In this document: positions 37,628 through 51,158 of the stretch, piece by piece | Numbering within the stretch: position 1 is the stretch's first letter | How the letters are laid out: the number at the start of each line of letters is the position of its first letter | Assembly: GCA_973895155.1 (NCBI GenBank) | Contig: OZ316892.1 | Coordinates: 5,860,476 to 5,924,475 of the forward strand | Source of the DNA: Marsupella aquatica | Lineage: Eukaryota; Plantae; Marchantiophyta | Reading direction: 5' to 3' | Length of the DNA stretch: 64,000 nt | Notes under the pieces: generated by a model | Told to the model about the DNA's origin: nothing | Database searches by the model: none | Seen by the model: only the letters and a program-made list of their open reading frames with translations | Position numbers and translations under genes: made by a program

Positions 37628-38836
37628 ATGGGTTCTGTCTCACCCAGCGAGGAGAGTGGGGGAAGCCCCGTCCAGCGAAGAAACGCTGTGACGTCGAGGC
37701 GGAAGAAAAGTAAGGATCAAATCGAGATCTTGGAGCGGCTCTATGCCGGTAAGTTAATCTCTTGTAGGGCTAGTAAGTGTCACAAGTCGATGCTTCTGTA
37801 TCGGTGACGAATATTTGTTCTTAATCCAGTTGTTGCCCCGCGTAGCTGAGGCTTGCGCTGTGAAATTGTTTCTACGAACGAATCTTACGGAGTGTTCTAT
37901 TGCAAGCTTCTGATCATCTCTTATCTCCGTATCGCAGAAAACAAGTATCCTTCTGAGGAAGTGCGAGCCAAGTTAAGTCAGCAGCTTGGTCTCTCCGAGA
38001 AGCAGATGCAAATCTGGTTCACTCACAGGCGCCACAAGGACAGGAAAGATGGAGTTGAGGACGTAAAGTTGACGTTCTATGCAATGCGCCACAAGGGAGG
38101 AGAAGCACATCTTGATTTCATGGAGGGATTGAATAGCGGGAAAGTCCCGGGGGGAAGTCTGTTGGGATCGGACAACAGCGGTGGTCGTCAGCCTTCTAGT
38201 TATTCCGGAGGCGAAGAAAACACAGGGCAGCAACTCATGCTCCATGACAGTAGGAGGGTAGACAGTGAGTCGGAAAACAGCGGTCTCGGACAAGCAGACG
38301 ACTGCAATGTGAATGGTTTCAGTAAACCGTCCCTGAAGAGAGGCAGTCTGGTGAATCGGAAGGATGGGATATACAAAAGACCAATGACGGTGCCCCCTAG
38401 CAGAGCAAGAGTCCAAGCCAAGGATCTCGAGGTCGCTGTTATATCCGCAGTGGAAGCTCAGCTTGGTGAGACCCTTCGAATGGATGGCCCGACGCTCGGG
38501 ATGGAGTTTGATGCCCTTCCACCAGGGGCTTGGGCGCATCTAAGTCAAGCTGGCGGTATACTTCTATTCCAGGCGATGAATTCCGTCCTTACTGTCTTTT
38601 AAGTGCGAGGATATTAGCGTCGCACTCTACGCAGAACAAATAATTGAATTGGTGTTTCTTTACGCTTTGCAGCTGCTGTTCCAGTAGCAGTTCAAGGGAA
38701 AGGTCCGACAGCGTCACAAGGAAGAGCGCTAGCCCCGCTGCCCCTTCAGTCAAGAGTCACTCCGACCGCGCAAGGAAGAGGCCCTATGGGAGTCCAAGGG
38801 CGATTAGGGAGAATTCAAAGCATTGGGACGTACTGA
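37628..38836 (+). CDS. Homeodomain protein of the plant HOX-DDT/RLT N-terminal type without DDT; exons 37628-37748, 37938-38555, 38673-38836, ~300 aa
   Basis: RRKKSKDQIEILERLYA|ENKYPSEEVRAKLSQQLGLSEKQMQIWFTHRRHKDRK plus the RLT-family motif VEAQLGETLRMDGPTLGMEFDALPPGA. Phase-1 GT-AG introns. Probable 5'UTR intron ~36768-37552. The last exon is less certain. Confidence 0.88.
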
Positions 38837-39685
38837 GGAAGGTTTGTCTCTATCCCGACCACTCGTAGTGAATACGGACGATAAGAATTTCCTCGGTCAC
38901 TGGTCTTATTGTTTTGCGGAGGAGCCGAGGTAATCAATTGATGTCGTTCAGATACTCTGCGTAGTATGGCGCAATTTTATCTTTTGAGTGCCCCAGCTGC
39001 CAGCTCATTAGAAGTGGATTCATGTATGCAGGGCCTTCCGATTTTGGTATAGCGCAGCCTCTTCACATCATTCCATCATCAGAAAAGTTCCAAGTTCTTT
39101 TGGTGTCTGATTACTTGACCAAATAGGCGCTTGCTACCTTCAGGTAAGAACGTTTTCAAGGTTCTCGCTGAAGCTTTTGTTGCGACTGGCTAATGGCCGT
39201 GAATTTTCCTTACCGGTTTCGATACTGTAGTTCTCATTTACTACTTTTGACTGAGTGCAGAAAGCAAAATGCACGAGAAGTGCGGAAGCGGAGAATTACC
39301 GTAGCATTGCGGCCTTCGACAAAACTGTATTATTGGTGCTACAAATTTTGAAACGAACTCGTAACACGCTTGTAGTTTAGTCTGCGAACGGGGGATAGTG
39401 TAGATAGGAATAGGGCAATTTTCTCTCTGTGGCTTCTCGATCGGATGGGATCGCACGCAGGCGAAGGTGTGTAGATATAGGTTAGCGTCACAATGGCCCC
39501 TTAAGTTCCACGTAACTCGCAGGACACTTTTTCTAGGTTTTCAGCGGGTCATTCTGAAATCACCGTGTTGTGTCAATGACCATAAGTTGGTTGACATTGA
39601 CCATTGCTGTGGTCAGTTGACCATGTACTGAGAACATGAATTGAAAAGAGAATTTGCTGGATTGATTCATGAATATTGAAATCTC

Positions 39686-39810
39686 ACGAATCTCCATTCG
39701 TCAAGACCAGTTCCGAAAAGCTTGTGTTGTCACGGATGTTTATGGCTTACGAATCTCCATTCGTCACAACCAGTTCAGAAAAGCTTGTGTTGTCACGCAT
39801 GTTTATGGCT
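39686..39810. repeat. 63-bp tandem duplication
   Basis: ACGAATCTCCATTCGTCA..ACCAGTTC.GAAAAGCTTGTGTTGTCACG.ATGTTTATGGCT occurs twice. Confidence 0.9.
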
Positions 39811-40334
39811 GCTTACAGAGGCTTTCCTTGAGTACTTATCAGGTTCGTGCTTTTGATCAATCCTTCTGAAATTTGGAAATCCTCTTGTAGTGTTAAAATT
39901 TGTAAAGATTAGGTTCTTGACGTATCCATCCGGTTTTCCCGCATTTTTGTAGTTTCTCATTTAACCATGTCAGTGTCGATGCTCGCGAGCCAGTGATGCT
40001 CGCGAGCCAGTTTATTTGCAAAATTCGTAGGTATATACGGTTTCCGGGGTCATCTCAATCTTGTAAACTAAAATAAGCAAGTTTCGCATCTCTTCCTTCC
40101 ATTAGAATCTTATTAGACTCATCAGAGTCTACGCTGGGCCTCGCCCATGAGTTTTGGATTACTGTCGATTTTAAGGCGGCATTGTTGTCTACTCTGACGA
40201 AGAACCTGTTCCAGCTACGTTTGAGATTCTCTTCCAACGTGCTTGTGGTAGTGAGTGTCTGGAAGGCGATCAGAGCGTGACACAGGGCATGCAGGCCTCC
40301 CAGCACAACAGTGGGTCACGTAGATGCGCACCAG

Positions 40335-40500
40335 TCTGCCGACTCTTTAAACCTTCTGAGAGCCCTGCGTTTTCCCGTGGCAATGTATTTTTCCGGGTTG
40401 GTATTCTGTCGTTGCACACCTCTCTGCCGACTCGTTAAACCTTCTGAGAGCCCTGCGTTTTCCCGTGGCAATGTAATTTTCCGGGTCGGTATTCTGTCGT
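40335..40500. repeat. 88-bp tandem duplication
   Basis: TCTGCCGACTC.TTAAACCTTCTGAGAGCCCTGCGTTTTCCCGTGGCAATGTA... starts at 40335 and 40423. Confidence 0.9.
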
Positions 40501-43500
40501 CCTTGCAGGTGTACCTCTTGCACCTCTCCCTGGACAGTATCGAGTAGGATGGATGGCCCACTCAAGTGATGAGCAGTAGCGTAGATGGACGCCATGAGGT
40601 TGACGGACGGGAAGGACTTATCAGAACAGTCGGTGTGGCTCTCTGGTGTGGTCCATGTTCATTGCCGTCTCTGATTGCTTCCTCCCTTGCGTAATGCCGA
40701 CAAGTGCTCCGACGAGTGCCTCCTGAGTGGAGTGTAAGGATCACACACTTAGTTAATTGGTAGGACATCGTCGTGCCTCCTGCAACTCAAATGAATGCCA
40801 CTTGAATGCTACCAACCCGCCTAGTGGCAGATCTTCATCGCGCCTGTTCTGTACACGATAAGAATATTAATCGCGAAGAAAACACTTGCCGCCTCCCGCT
40901 CCTTCTAAACACGTGGGATGTGTACAGGTGTTTTCCAGGAACTTGTAGACTCCGTTCGGCCGATGTTTTGACAACTTGAAGAACCATGATGACTTGGATG
41001 AGGCGGACGAAAGTCCATTCGAACTGTCAAGTCATTTCGTGTCGTAACAGTAAATTTGAGACACGTCTCTTTACGTCATGATTCACAGTAGAGTACCTCG
41101 TCGTGTGTACGTTTTCTCTGCATGCACACTCCGGTTTCATACAGGTGAGCTCTTCGTGACTTCGTAATTTGAACTGCAAGCCGAAAAAGCTGACCTGCAA
41201 ACGAGCGGGTAGGTGCTCTAGATTCTTGTCGTAATCAAATTTGATCTATGCCTACGTTTTGCTTAAAATATGGACTAGTCGAAACTCAGGTGAAATTAAT
41301 TGTGGCAAGTGGAGAACGTTGATTCAGTGAGTCTTCTCTTAGGATCCACTTTCACATATACACAACTTTACGGCAAAGGGGAAAAATGACTGTAGATGTT
41401 TTCGTCATTGACACTTTCGGATTCCGGGCGTAGCTTTATCGTACAGTTGTGAAGGAGCATGCTGCGAGGCGTGAAAACGTTGACGTTTTCTTGCTCTGCG
41501 TCTAAAGGTTTTTGGACTCGTCGTAAATGAATTTCCCGCAACCCTCTGACATTTTCTTGTTGGACCACATCAATCCACTTGAGACATCTTTTGTTTGTTT
41601 TTGCCTTGAAACCCGAAAGACGATTCACGCACCGGTAAGCGATCATCTTTATCGTTCTCACATAGGGGACCGTTCTCGCACACTCTCGTAGAAGTACTTC
41701 TTACGAAGGCCCAGGCAGGGATTCCGTAAATGCCTAGCTGGAACTTTCGATGGAAGCTGTTGGCGCTTCTGGCGCGTCGTCGTTGTCATTCTGGGATTAT
41801 TCACAGTACCGGAAGGTCCGGACACAATGAAAGATGGTACCGTAGGCATGGGCCCGCCCGCCGGTCTCGGGATCAGACAAATAGATCCACACAAAACATT
41901 GGACCACGTTACTTCCGTGGGGACGGAGTAGACCTTCTATGTTTCATAGTTTGCTCCACTCACTGACTATCGTAAATCGCTTACTCTTCCAAACCACTTT
42001 CGCAGTTTGGGTGCAGGCTGACCTCAACAGTTCTACGCGACTTGCACACATTGCGGTCAACTATGCGCACAGGATCCCAACTCCGGGGGCCCACTCCAGA
42101 AAGACCAGCAGATGAGCTGATGAGGTATGTCAGGCAGGCAGGGAGCGGAGGGACGCGATACGATGCAGTGCGATGCGATCAGAGCTCTGAATCTCACCGT
42201 TTCCTCCATCGCCACGTCCAACGAGTGCCTTGCGTAATGTCGCTGACATTCACCACTGAGCTTTAGTAATAAGTTGCTTTGCCGTTGCCTGCAGCGCTCC
42301 GTACGCCACCGCTCACCAACTGTGCATTTGCTGTGCACATTAGTTGTGCAATTGCAACTGGCAGTCAGGTTTTACGACCGAAGACTTTCGCCATTGCCGC
42401 GTATGCATCTGCTTCCACTAGGCCATCCCATCCATTCAAGCTTCTGCTGTGGTCTGGTAGGTCTGGCCTAATCTGGTCTAGTCTGGTGTGACCCGGTCTG
42501 TCGGTGTCGATCATCAACGTGCGCGGGCTGGAGATCTCTTGCACGTCAGCAGGTATGGAACTCACGGACATCATCTCGAAGGCAAATCTCTTGTCATTCA
42601 ACAGACTTTCTTCTCAAATTCGTTTATGTCCACGTTTTCGAGCTGATCTTTGCGTGACACAGCCAACGATAAGACAAGACAGCTCTTCGAAGGGAAAAAA
42701 AGTGAAGAGAAGCTCAAGCAAGGCACAAGCAAGAATTTAAAGCGGAATAATAGACGATCGACGTCAGTACCGAATCCAGGAGTTTCTGATCAACCGCAAC
42801 GGACTGAGAATTTTTTTAATTCATTGGATCGCTGTTCACCTGCCTATGAAACTTTAGTCAACGGTCTCCTTGCTTTTGTTATCATACACTATTTTGGCCT
42901 TAGCCCTCTACTAAGAGGTTATCCATGGCCACTACTTTGCACGGTCTGCATGCTGTTTCTTCACGGAGCATCCATTCTTGGTTGGCTAGGAGATGGCTAA
43001 TGCACAGTTATGTCCTCTTGGACTACCTCTCTAATATAAATTGGGCGCGACTTCTCTCCAATGTAGGCAAATACTGTAGTGCTTGGTAACGGTAATCGGT
43101 CTGTCCTAGAACGTTTCTGCTGGTTTCCAATCACGTCGTTCGAGACACCAAGTTAAAATTGACCATTTCACATTACCCTTCTACAGCGAATGTTTCTGTT
43201 TTTGAGCTTAATGGCAAAAAACTTGCGTATATCTGAAAGTAATGACACTAATGGTCCTAAGGAGTAGGAATGTGTAATACAATTGAAATTTATGTTTATT
43301 GTCAAACAGCTTACGATACTTTGTTGTGCACGTCCATGGGAACAATGCCATCTCAATTTTTTTATAGAAAGAAAAAGCTGTCCATATTTTCACGACGTCA
43401 ATGGACCGCAGTTGGAATCACGATGTTGTATGCGATTCTGTCAAAACCTCGGGATTCAATGGAGATGAAATTCCTGGACGTCTATCTAGCTCCCGGTTCC

Positions 43501-43884
43501 GCTGGCAGGCAATCAATCAATGATGGACATGGCGAGGGACCACTGCGCGCCATGAGTCCAGTCTCTATTGTTTGCTCGGGGCATCAAAGAAAGCAAGAAA
43601 GTACCGAGCGAGACGCACACCGACAATGGAGGCGGACTGGACTGTTGTAGTACTAGACTGGCCCCTCACCAGGTGACGTGGTCACGGCAGAGTCGAAGAT
43701 CACGGGACTACTGTAGGAGGAGGGAAGGCAAGAATCATTTGCCAACATCACACATCAGTTGTATATATGATGAGGTTGGCAGCTGACAGCAGAACGTCGG
43801 GAACCGACATCGAATCAATCATCCCCCTTCGCTTTATTCCTGCCTGGGGTGCCGCATGCACAGTCATGGAGCTTGTATATACAC

Positions 43885-44490
43885 TTTTTTATGCCTCCGC
43901 CATGTCCAGCTCCTCTACTGTAGCTGGAAGAGTTCTCTGGAGTCCCTTACAGTGCTCTTTGAAGACTAGAAACCATTTCCTTTAGTATGTCGTCATTCTC
44001 AATTATCTGGAGATTTGGAATCTGCCAGGGTGAGAGCTACAATTTGGAGACCAGAGCCAAATTACTCCAGAGACCTACAGTAGTAGCAGCCTTTCCTATC
44101 CATAATATGAGATTAAGTCACGCTGCTGAGCTTTTTATGCCACCACCCTGTCTAGCTCCTCTGCTGTAGCTAGACGACTTCTCTGGAAACCCCTACAGTG
44201 CGCTTCAAGACCGGAAACCGTTTCTTGCAGTATGTCATCAGTCTCAATTCTCTCAAGTTTGGAATCAGGTTCGGCCAGGGTGAGCTACAATTCGGCGACG
44301 AGAGCCAAATTATTCCAGAGACCTACGGTAGTAGCAGCCTTTCCTTGTTGATCACATGAAACTAGGCCTGAGGTGAACATCATTCCCAATTCTCTCGAGT
44401 TTGGAATCAGGTTCGGCGAAGGCGAGCTACAATTCGGAGACCAGAGCCAAATTATTCCAGAGACCTACAATAGTAGCAGCCTTTCCTTGA
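43885..44490. repeat. Diverged tandem repeat (~250-bp unit x2 plus partial third copy)
   Basis: GAGCTACAATT.GG.GAC.AGAGCCAAATTA.TCCAGAGACCTAC..TAGTAGCAGCCTTTCC occurs three times. Confidence 0.85.
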
Positions 44491-44791
44491 CGATCATTCG
44501 AAATTAGGCCAGAGGTGCACTGGCTTCTGATGTTATTGATCTATGCTTCAGGCGAAAGGTGTCATCCTATTCCTGATCAGATGAACGTAGGTGACGCTGC
44601 TGAGTATGGAACTGGCTTTGAGTCTTGCGAGAGGTGCAATGGCTGCCGATATTAGTGACCAGGTGAAATGTGTCATCGGACTGCTCTTTGTGATCGTGCA
44701 ATTACCTAGATGGCGATGACAGAACTAGAATTGAGAGACAGCTCCCAATTGGAAAGCAAGGGTAAGGGCTGAAGGGTTCCCGATCAGAGCA

Positions 44792-45107
44792 TTCGAATGG
44801 ACGTCGATGCACAAAACAATTTCAAAGACTCCCGTTCCACGAAACAGAACGATATAACGCCGGCGGATTGAAGTGGAGACCCGAAAAGGATGACGTTCAA
44901 TAGCTCTGCAACGAGCTCTTCATTTTCTGGTAAAAGACGTTGCGTAAAAGTATTTGATCATACCTTCGAATGACGTCGATCACATTGCCACAAAACGATA
45001 ATCAAAGAATACCGTTCCACGAAACAAAACTTTATAACGCTCGCAGAGTTAAAGTGGAGATCAACAGCACTGCAATGAGCTCTTCATTTTCTGGTAAGAG
45101 ACGTTGC
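44792..45107. repeat. ~173-bp diverged tandem duplication
   Basis: TTCGAATG..CGTCGAT..CCGTTCCACGAAACA..GAGCTCTTCATTTTCTGGTAA.AGACGTTGC occurs twice. Confidence 0.8.
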
Positions 45108-45259
45108 AAAGTGTTCGGGGTTCACACCTTTACGTCCTCATGTACAGTTGGATTTGTTATGAAACGGTCGATGAAATAACAGATTTACACACCCATGTCC
45201 AGCCTGCTCTTGCTCTTTCGGCACGGCTCTACCCTAGAGTATCGGCTATACCAGGTCAC

Positions 45260-46360
45260 TGCTTCGACTCCTTTTTCTGAGCCCACGTGTGAGGGCTATG
45301 CCCAGAGGGCCCGGAGATATGACTTCTCTTAGCACGAAGTATATATCAAGCTGCCATATAACAAAACAGCCAAACCGAGGACAGCCCACATGTGTGGGCA
45401 GGGAGGGAAGGAGATATGACTTCTCTATCATAGTGCCAAAGGACAAAAGCGCCAAAAGTACGGAGATACGATTTCTCTATCATAGTGCCAAAGAACAAAA
45501 ATGCCAAACGTGATGACTTCTCTATCATAGTGCCAAAGCACAAAAGCGCAGAACCTGGACACAGGATCCCAAAAGCTAAAGTCCCAATAGGGGGCGAAAG
45601 AGTAAAAGCGAAAGACCACAAGAAGGCCGAAGAGGCCCCAGGAGCTTGAGAATCCCAACAACTGCAAAGAGGAAAAAGCCTAGAAAGGAACAATGAAAAT
45701 GAAAACCCTACTCTGGAGAAGCTTAAAAGTCTGATAAAGGTCCGGAATAAACCGAATAGGAGGCGGGAACAATGAATATGAAAACCCTACTCTGGAGAAG
45801 CTTAAAAGTCTGATAAAGGTCCGGAGTAAACCGCATAGGAGGGTCACACAGAGGAGTCTGTCTAGGGGTCAGAGAAGGGATAGCCAGAGAAGGCAAGGCA
45901 ACCAATGAAGGGGTGGAAGAAATGAGTACAATAGTTGACGGCGATGGAGGGGAGGGGGGTGGCATCGATGGGCCAGAATGGAAGAGGTGAGTCGCCGGGT
46001 AGAGGCTCTATGAAATCGTCCATCAAAAAGAGTCTTCATTCTCCTCCCCCACCAAGCCAGGGAAGAGAATGGACAAGGGACAATGGGGGGATGAGGAGAG
46101 GGAGACGACCACACGTTTGCGGCCTCATAAACAGCAAGAAGCCATCAGAGAGCCAAGCTATGCCATGACAAAGAATGGTCAAAAAAAGGGGGAAAAAAAG
46201 AGAAAGGGGGTGGGGGGATGAAAATGCCAAGAGGAAAGGAGGCCCAAAACTAAGAACCTCAAACCAGAGGAGACACCACCACCCACGAGGATTCCAATAC
46301 GGAAAAGAACTTATGTTGCAAAGTTGTGACACTTCCAAGGGAGGGAGATAGGACTCTTTC
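45260..46360 (-). mobile_element. Possible retroelement 3'UTR-like insertion with internal tandem repeats
   Basis: Pyrimidine-rich minus strand ending CTCAGAAAAAG, similar in style to the insertions at 5551 and 22323. Exact 21-mer TTCTCTATCATAGTGCCAAAG at 45421, 45473 and 45518. 79-bp duplication at 45687-45843. No clear TSD. Confidence 0.35.
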
Positions 46361-49300
46361 TTCCTTTTTTTAGCACAAAAAAAACTGATGTTGTTGTGCC
46401 ACCTCCCAGGGACTGAAACAGAGATGGGAATATTTATTCAATAACACTTTTGGAGAATCCTTCGATTTGGACCACGACATGAAAATTATTTGGCTATATC
46501 CGTTCACGACTAACCAGATCCTGCAGAAGCGCCAGCATCGTTCTGAGATGAACCCAAGCGCATATACTAGGAGTGCTATGATGCGGCTGTCCACTAATCT
46601 GTCCCAGTGGGTTAGTTCTCTTTTGGGCCGTTAAAGTGGATTGCTTCTGACTCTCCTTCTCCAAAGCGTTGCTCATCTCTGCAGCCAGAGAAGTTCAGTA
46701 ACAGTTCATCACAGCAAGCTGCCCTTCTCGCTTAGAACCGGAAATTCCTCATCATTGCTTAAGATTGCTATTTGCTCCTGTGTACTGACAGCTCCTGAAA
46801 TTGATCCGTAAATCGCGCAGCTGGAGCCTTGTCTGATCAAGACAGGTCAGTCTAGCTCTTCCTCAAGGGGTTAATTGTGTAGTGCAGTGTGGATAGATCG
46901 AGATGGTTAGAACCGGGAAACACGTCCAGCTGAAGCCTTAGTCGGCAGAGGAGTGGAGAGGAGATGGAAATGGGTATGGAAATGGGGGACACACTAGGGA
47001 AAACCAAGCTGGACTGATATGGTGAAATCAAGACAGACCCAATCAGCTTGATGGCCTCATCACTTGACCTGACAGAATATATTTAAAACTCGTGAGACCA
47101 AGTAATTCATGATTGTGTTCATTTGATCTGCTCAATCACTGTAGAAAGGGTTCCTAGAATTGCTCGGAAATCATTCTTCGAAGGAAGATTATGAAGACAG
47201 CTTTAAAACGGTGGAACCCCCGTAGAGTCGAGGAATAAAGGGGGACGGCCACTCATCAAATCTCGAAAGTGTAGCCCACCATAATCTGGATGTCAAGTGG
47301 ATATATGCTGGCCTTCACAACAACGTGGGATCGGGCTGCCTCCATTACCGAAGTGCTGAAAGCTCTCAGGTCTCTAGCAGTAGGTGCCAGTGCAACGCAT
47401 CATTGGCTTGTTGGTACCACATCACACGCTTGCTCAGCTAGAAGGTCTCCGATCCATGCCCCTCTTGAGAAGCTACAGTAGTCATACACTAGAGGTACAG
47501 CAGATCACTGCACTGGCCACCGTGATTAGTGCGCGTGACTGAAGAACTAGAGTGACTCTACTATTTTGTGTTCCGAGCATTCATCAGGAATCACACGAAT
47601 TGCGTATGTTTAGTCGCTGGGCTTACGAAAGATATGAATAATGGACAATCTGAATATTGATTTCGAGGAGTTCGACAAGATACCACACAGGTATTAACCC
47701 TGCTGTGTGTGTTGTGATTCTCCAGTCATAGAGTCGGGCAAGTCGCTCTCAAGGTCGGACTATATAGGTGGTCGAACACCTTGTAAGGGGCAGGTTATGA
47801 GTCCTATACACAACTCAACCCTGAATATTCAACAGTACTCAACAGCCTTGAAAATAATGATGACAAAATTGATGGAGTTAAGTCAATTCTTCAAGTCCTT
47901 GTTTGCGTCCTTCTGAAAAATAGAGGGTTGGGTACTGTAGTTATTTCAATAGCCTATTTCTTATCACACATGATTACTGTGAAGGTGATGGCGTGTGCAT
48001 TATTAGGCTTCATTCCAAGTTTCCTTCAATCACAGTGGTCTCCTCATTCTGTCTCTGGCTATGATCCATACCCACTACGTATTAGTATCCACTAACATCG
48101 TGCGTCCTACTGTTGTCATGCTCAATTTCAGTTGATCTCGTGAGTCAGCAGATTTGAGTAATGGCTAAGTAACCTCAACCGCAATTGGACTCCGGGAGCT
48201 TTAAGAAAGCTGCTGGCCTGGAGAACGTTGTCTTTCATACACTTTCTGTCTTTTATATACTTTCTGGAATAGTTTATTAATTCTCAAACGAATGAGGAGC
48301 TCGCGATGAACTCACATATATATGAAAGGCATAAGGTAACGTAAACTAGAAAGGGGCAACGGCCAAGGGGGCGATGAGAAGATCGACAGTCCTTGATCGT
48401 ACGCTGCTGTTAACGGATAAGTGAGTACAGTAAAAACATAGGGAGAACGCTCCCGTAAATACCGGAGGAAGTGGAGTGGGACTCAAGATTGTACAGCATT
48501 AATTATGGTATCACTTTGGAGGGCAATCCATTAGGAAATGCCCAATTTCCAACAGCGTTGTATTATGATCCCCACTCATTTCACTGAAGCTTACTCTTTG
48601 AGAACGAAAAATTAGTTTGACTGGCAGCGTGACTTCAGGTGTTTGCAATTAGAGTGATCCCGGAATCAGAATGACTCACACTATCAATGGCGTGTGTGAC
48701 ACAAAATTAGAGGGCCTACGCAATTATTGTAGCATTAGTTGTGGTGTGCAGTCTACTCTTCTGTGCTGTAATTTGCAATTCAATCATCATTTGTGATCCA
48801 AGTCTACCTTCATGATCTACTGTATACACAGTAAAGGTTCATGACCTAAATGAAAACATACGCAGTAATTCTTCGTGCATAATCTACTTTATAGAGTGCA
48901 GGTTCATGAACTAAGTGAAACATAAACTGTAATTTCTGTCTCTGGTAACCGACAACTTTGTGAGTAGGGACGGGCGGGCATGGGAGTGGGTATTTTTAGA
49001 GAGTTCTACAGTAGATTCTGACTTTAAGATTCTCTGGGGCTGTACTCTGTTTTGCATGGCATTGATGGAAAAGATTCTACTTCAGGACACTGTCCTGAAG
49101 CTTAGCCGAGTGAAGTGAAATCCCAGTTGGGGTTGCGACAAAGTTTGAAGCAAACAACGAATTATCAATGCAAAGTTCTCCTGAAGTACAAATAGTGAAC
49201 AATGAAGTTACCCTGGACATATCCACTGTCTCACTCTCTCACTGTACTCTGCTCTCTACTGTAGTTTCGTCCTTTTGCACCACATCGGGCCCAGCTAGTA

Positions 49301-50437
49301 TAGTGGTACCAGCCCATGGGCCCAGTTAAAACCCCCACTGTGTCCCCAGTCTGTGCACCCCAATGTCAGGGCCGACATTTTTTCTTCCTCAGGCCAGCAG
49401 TCTTGTGCTCCACAAGCTAGTGGGACACAGCCCTCCAAGACTGGACTTTCTTTCCAACAGCAACGGGCAATTTTTGGTGTGTGAAAGGCAGGATGGGTGG
49501 TGAATGACCATGTAGTTGGAAAGGCTTCGAAATTCACCACAAACAATCTACAGTAGAGGAGTTAATGTTCTTGGTTGTTCTTGGCTGGAGTCTGCGGAAA
49601 TCGGTGATCTTGCAAGAAAAAATCTGTGGATTTTGATTCTGTAAATTCCGACCCAGGTCGTGACGACCTTTAGACGAGTGATGCAGGGAATTTCATGGTG
49701 AATCCCTCGAATTAAATTGTTTTCAACTTAAATTTCTCCCCATTTTAATATTTTATTCTTGGCGCTGTTATCCAAATCAAGCCTTGTGGAAAACTTTCAA
49801 CAACCGGATTCCAATTGTAGCGGTTTAGGGCCCTAAAATGAACCTGGCGACAACTTCTCGGAATCCTCAGCGGGGTTGATGAGTCATTCGCAGTTTCTCA
49901 TAATTATATTGCGCCGGCATTGATGTTTTGGTTGCTCATACTTGCTCTGAAACAAAAACTCTCCGAATAGCCTTTACAGGTGAATCAACTCTAGTGAGAG
50001 CTACAGACTCCCATCAGACGATCGAGCAATGGCTAAATTCCCCGAGTGCTCAGTTCAGGAGGAAGTGAATTGACGCCACACATTTAGGCGAGAAATTTTA
50101 ATCAGTTCCATTTGTGCCACTGCGAAATTCATTCAAGGTTTCGAGTACCCGAATCAATTATAAGTATCAATGGAACCTTATTGGGCAAGTTAACATACCA
50201 TGAATGCATGGAAATGAAAGTTCACGCGAACTTTAATTATTGCACTACTAGAACGATTTCAAGTAAAACTTACAGAGGCCGAGAATGATAGGTTCTGGTC
50301 TATGAATCTTATCACCTGTTGACCCGGCTTGGTTTCGAGACAGCAAGTCTTTCCTTCCACGAGGCTATGGCAGATCTTGAAAAATATATCATTCAGGACT
50401 TAGGTCCCTTGTACTGTTGCACGGATCCTCTGACTGC

Positions 50438-51158
50438 CTGTTGGCCATTATATCATTTCGCGCTTCTTCTTTTGGAACGGAAGGCCCACTTGATATCACT
50501 TGGATTACCATGACTGTACATGGTGATTCCCAAGGGACCGTTCTTTTCTTGGTCTTTCTTCCCGTCTCTCCTGAAACAGTTCGATGGAGGGACCGTGTCT
50601 TTATTGTTAAATCCCACAAAATGCTACGGTGATACTGCCTATATACTTCACATGAGTTGATTCATTCCCTCGTGCATGACCACGTTCCTCTCAAACCAGT
50701 GCCAATGAGTACAGCTTGCGTAGGGCTCTGTCTAACAGACTATTGCGTTGAAGCAAGTCTTTCTGCGACCGTGGAGGATACAAGCTAAACACTGGTTGGT
50801 CACGAGTAGAATTAAATGACCAATGTACTGTTGGCCATTATATCGTTTCGTGCTTCTTCTTTTCTTGACACGGAAGGCCAATTTTATATCACTTGGATTA
50901 CCATGACTGTGCATGCTTGGTGAATACGAACTCACACCCAAGATTGAGTTCTTTACTTTTCTTTACTTTCTCCCGGACATCCTCCTGAAACAGTTGGATG
51001 GAGGGGACAGTGTCTTTATTGTTAGTCCTCGGGCCAAAATGGGTATGGTGACACTTTTCCTATATATATACTTCATTTAGATTGATTTATTGGCTCGGAC
51101 ATGACCACGTATGTCTCTCAAGTGCCAATGAGTAGAGCTTGCGTGTGGCTCTGTCTAA
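50438..51158. repeat. ~390-bp-period direct duplication
   Basis: CTGTTGGCCATTATATC.TTTCG.GCTTCTTCTTT...ATATCACTTGGATTACCATGACTGT...GTGCCAATGAGTA.AGCTTGCGT..GGCTCTGTCTAAC starts at 50438 and 50828. Confidence 0.85.

Noticed and set aside
37973-38539. 188-aa antisense ORF
   Set aside because: Shadow frame of the homeobox exon.
41880-42200. Possible protein kinase relic on the minus strand (LLVFLEWAPG..EGLLRPHGSNVVQC)
   Set aside because: No HRD/DFG/APE or VAxK motifs and several stops. The resemblance could be chance.
45411-45550. CRISPR-like array (21-bp exact repeat x3)
   Set aside because: Spacers are similar to each other and unequal (31 and 24 nt), the context is eukaryotic and there are no cas genes. 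It is an ordinary minisatellite.
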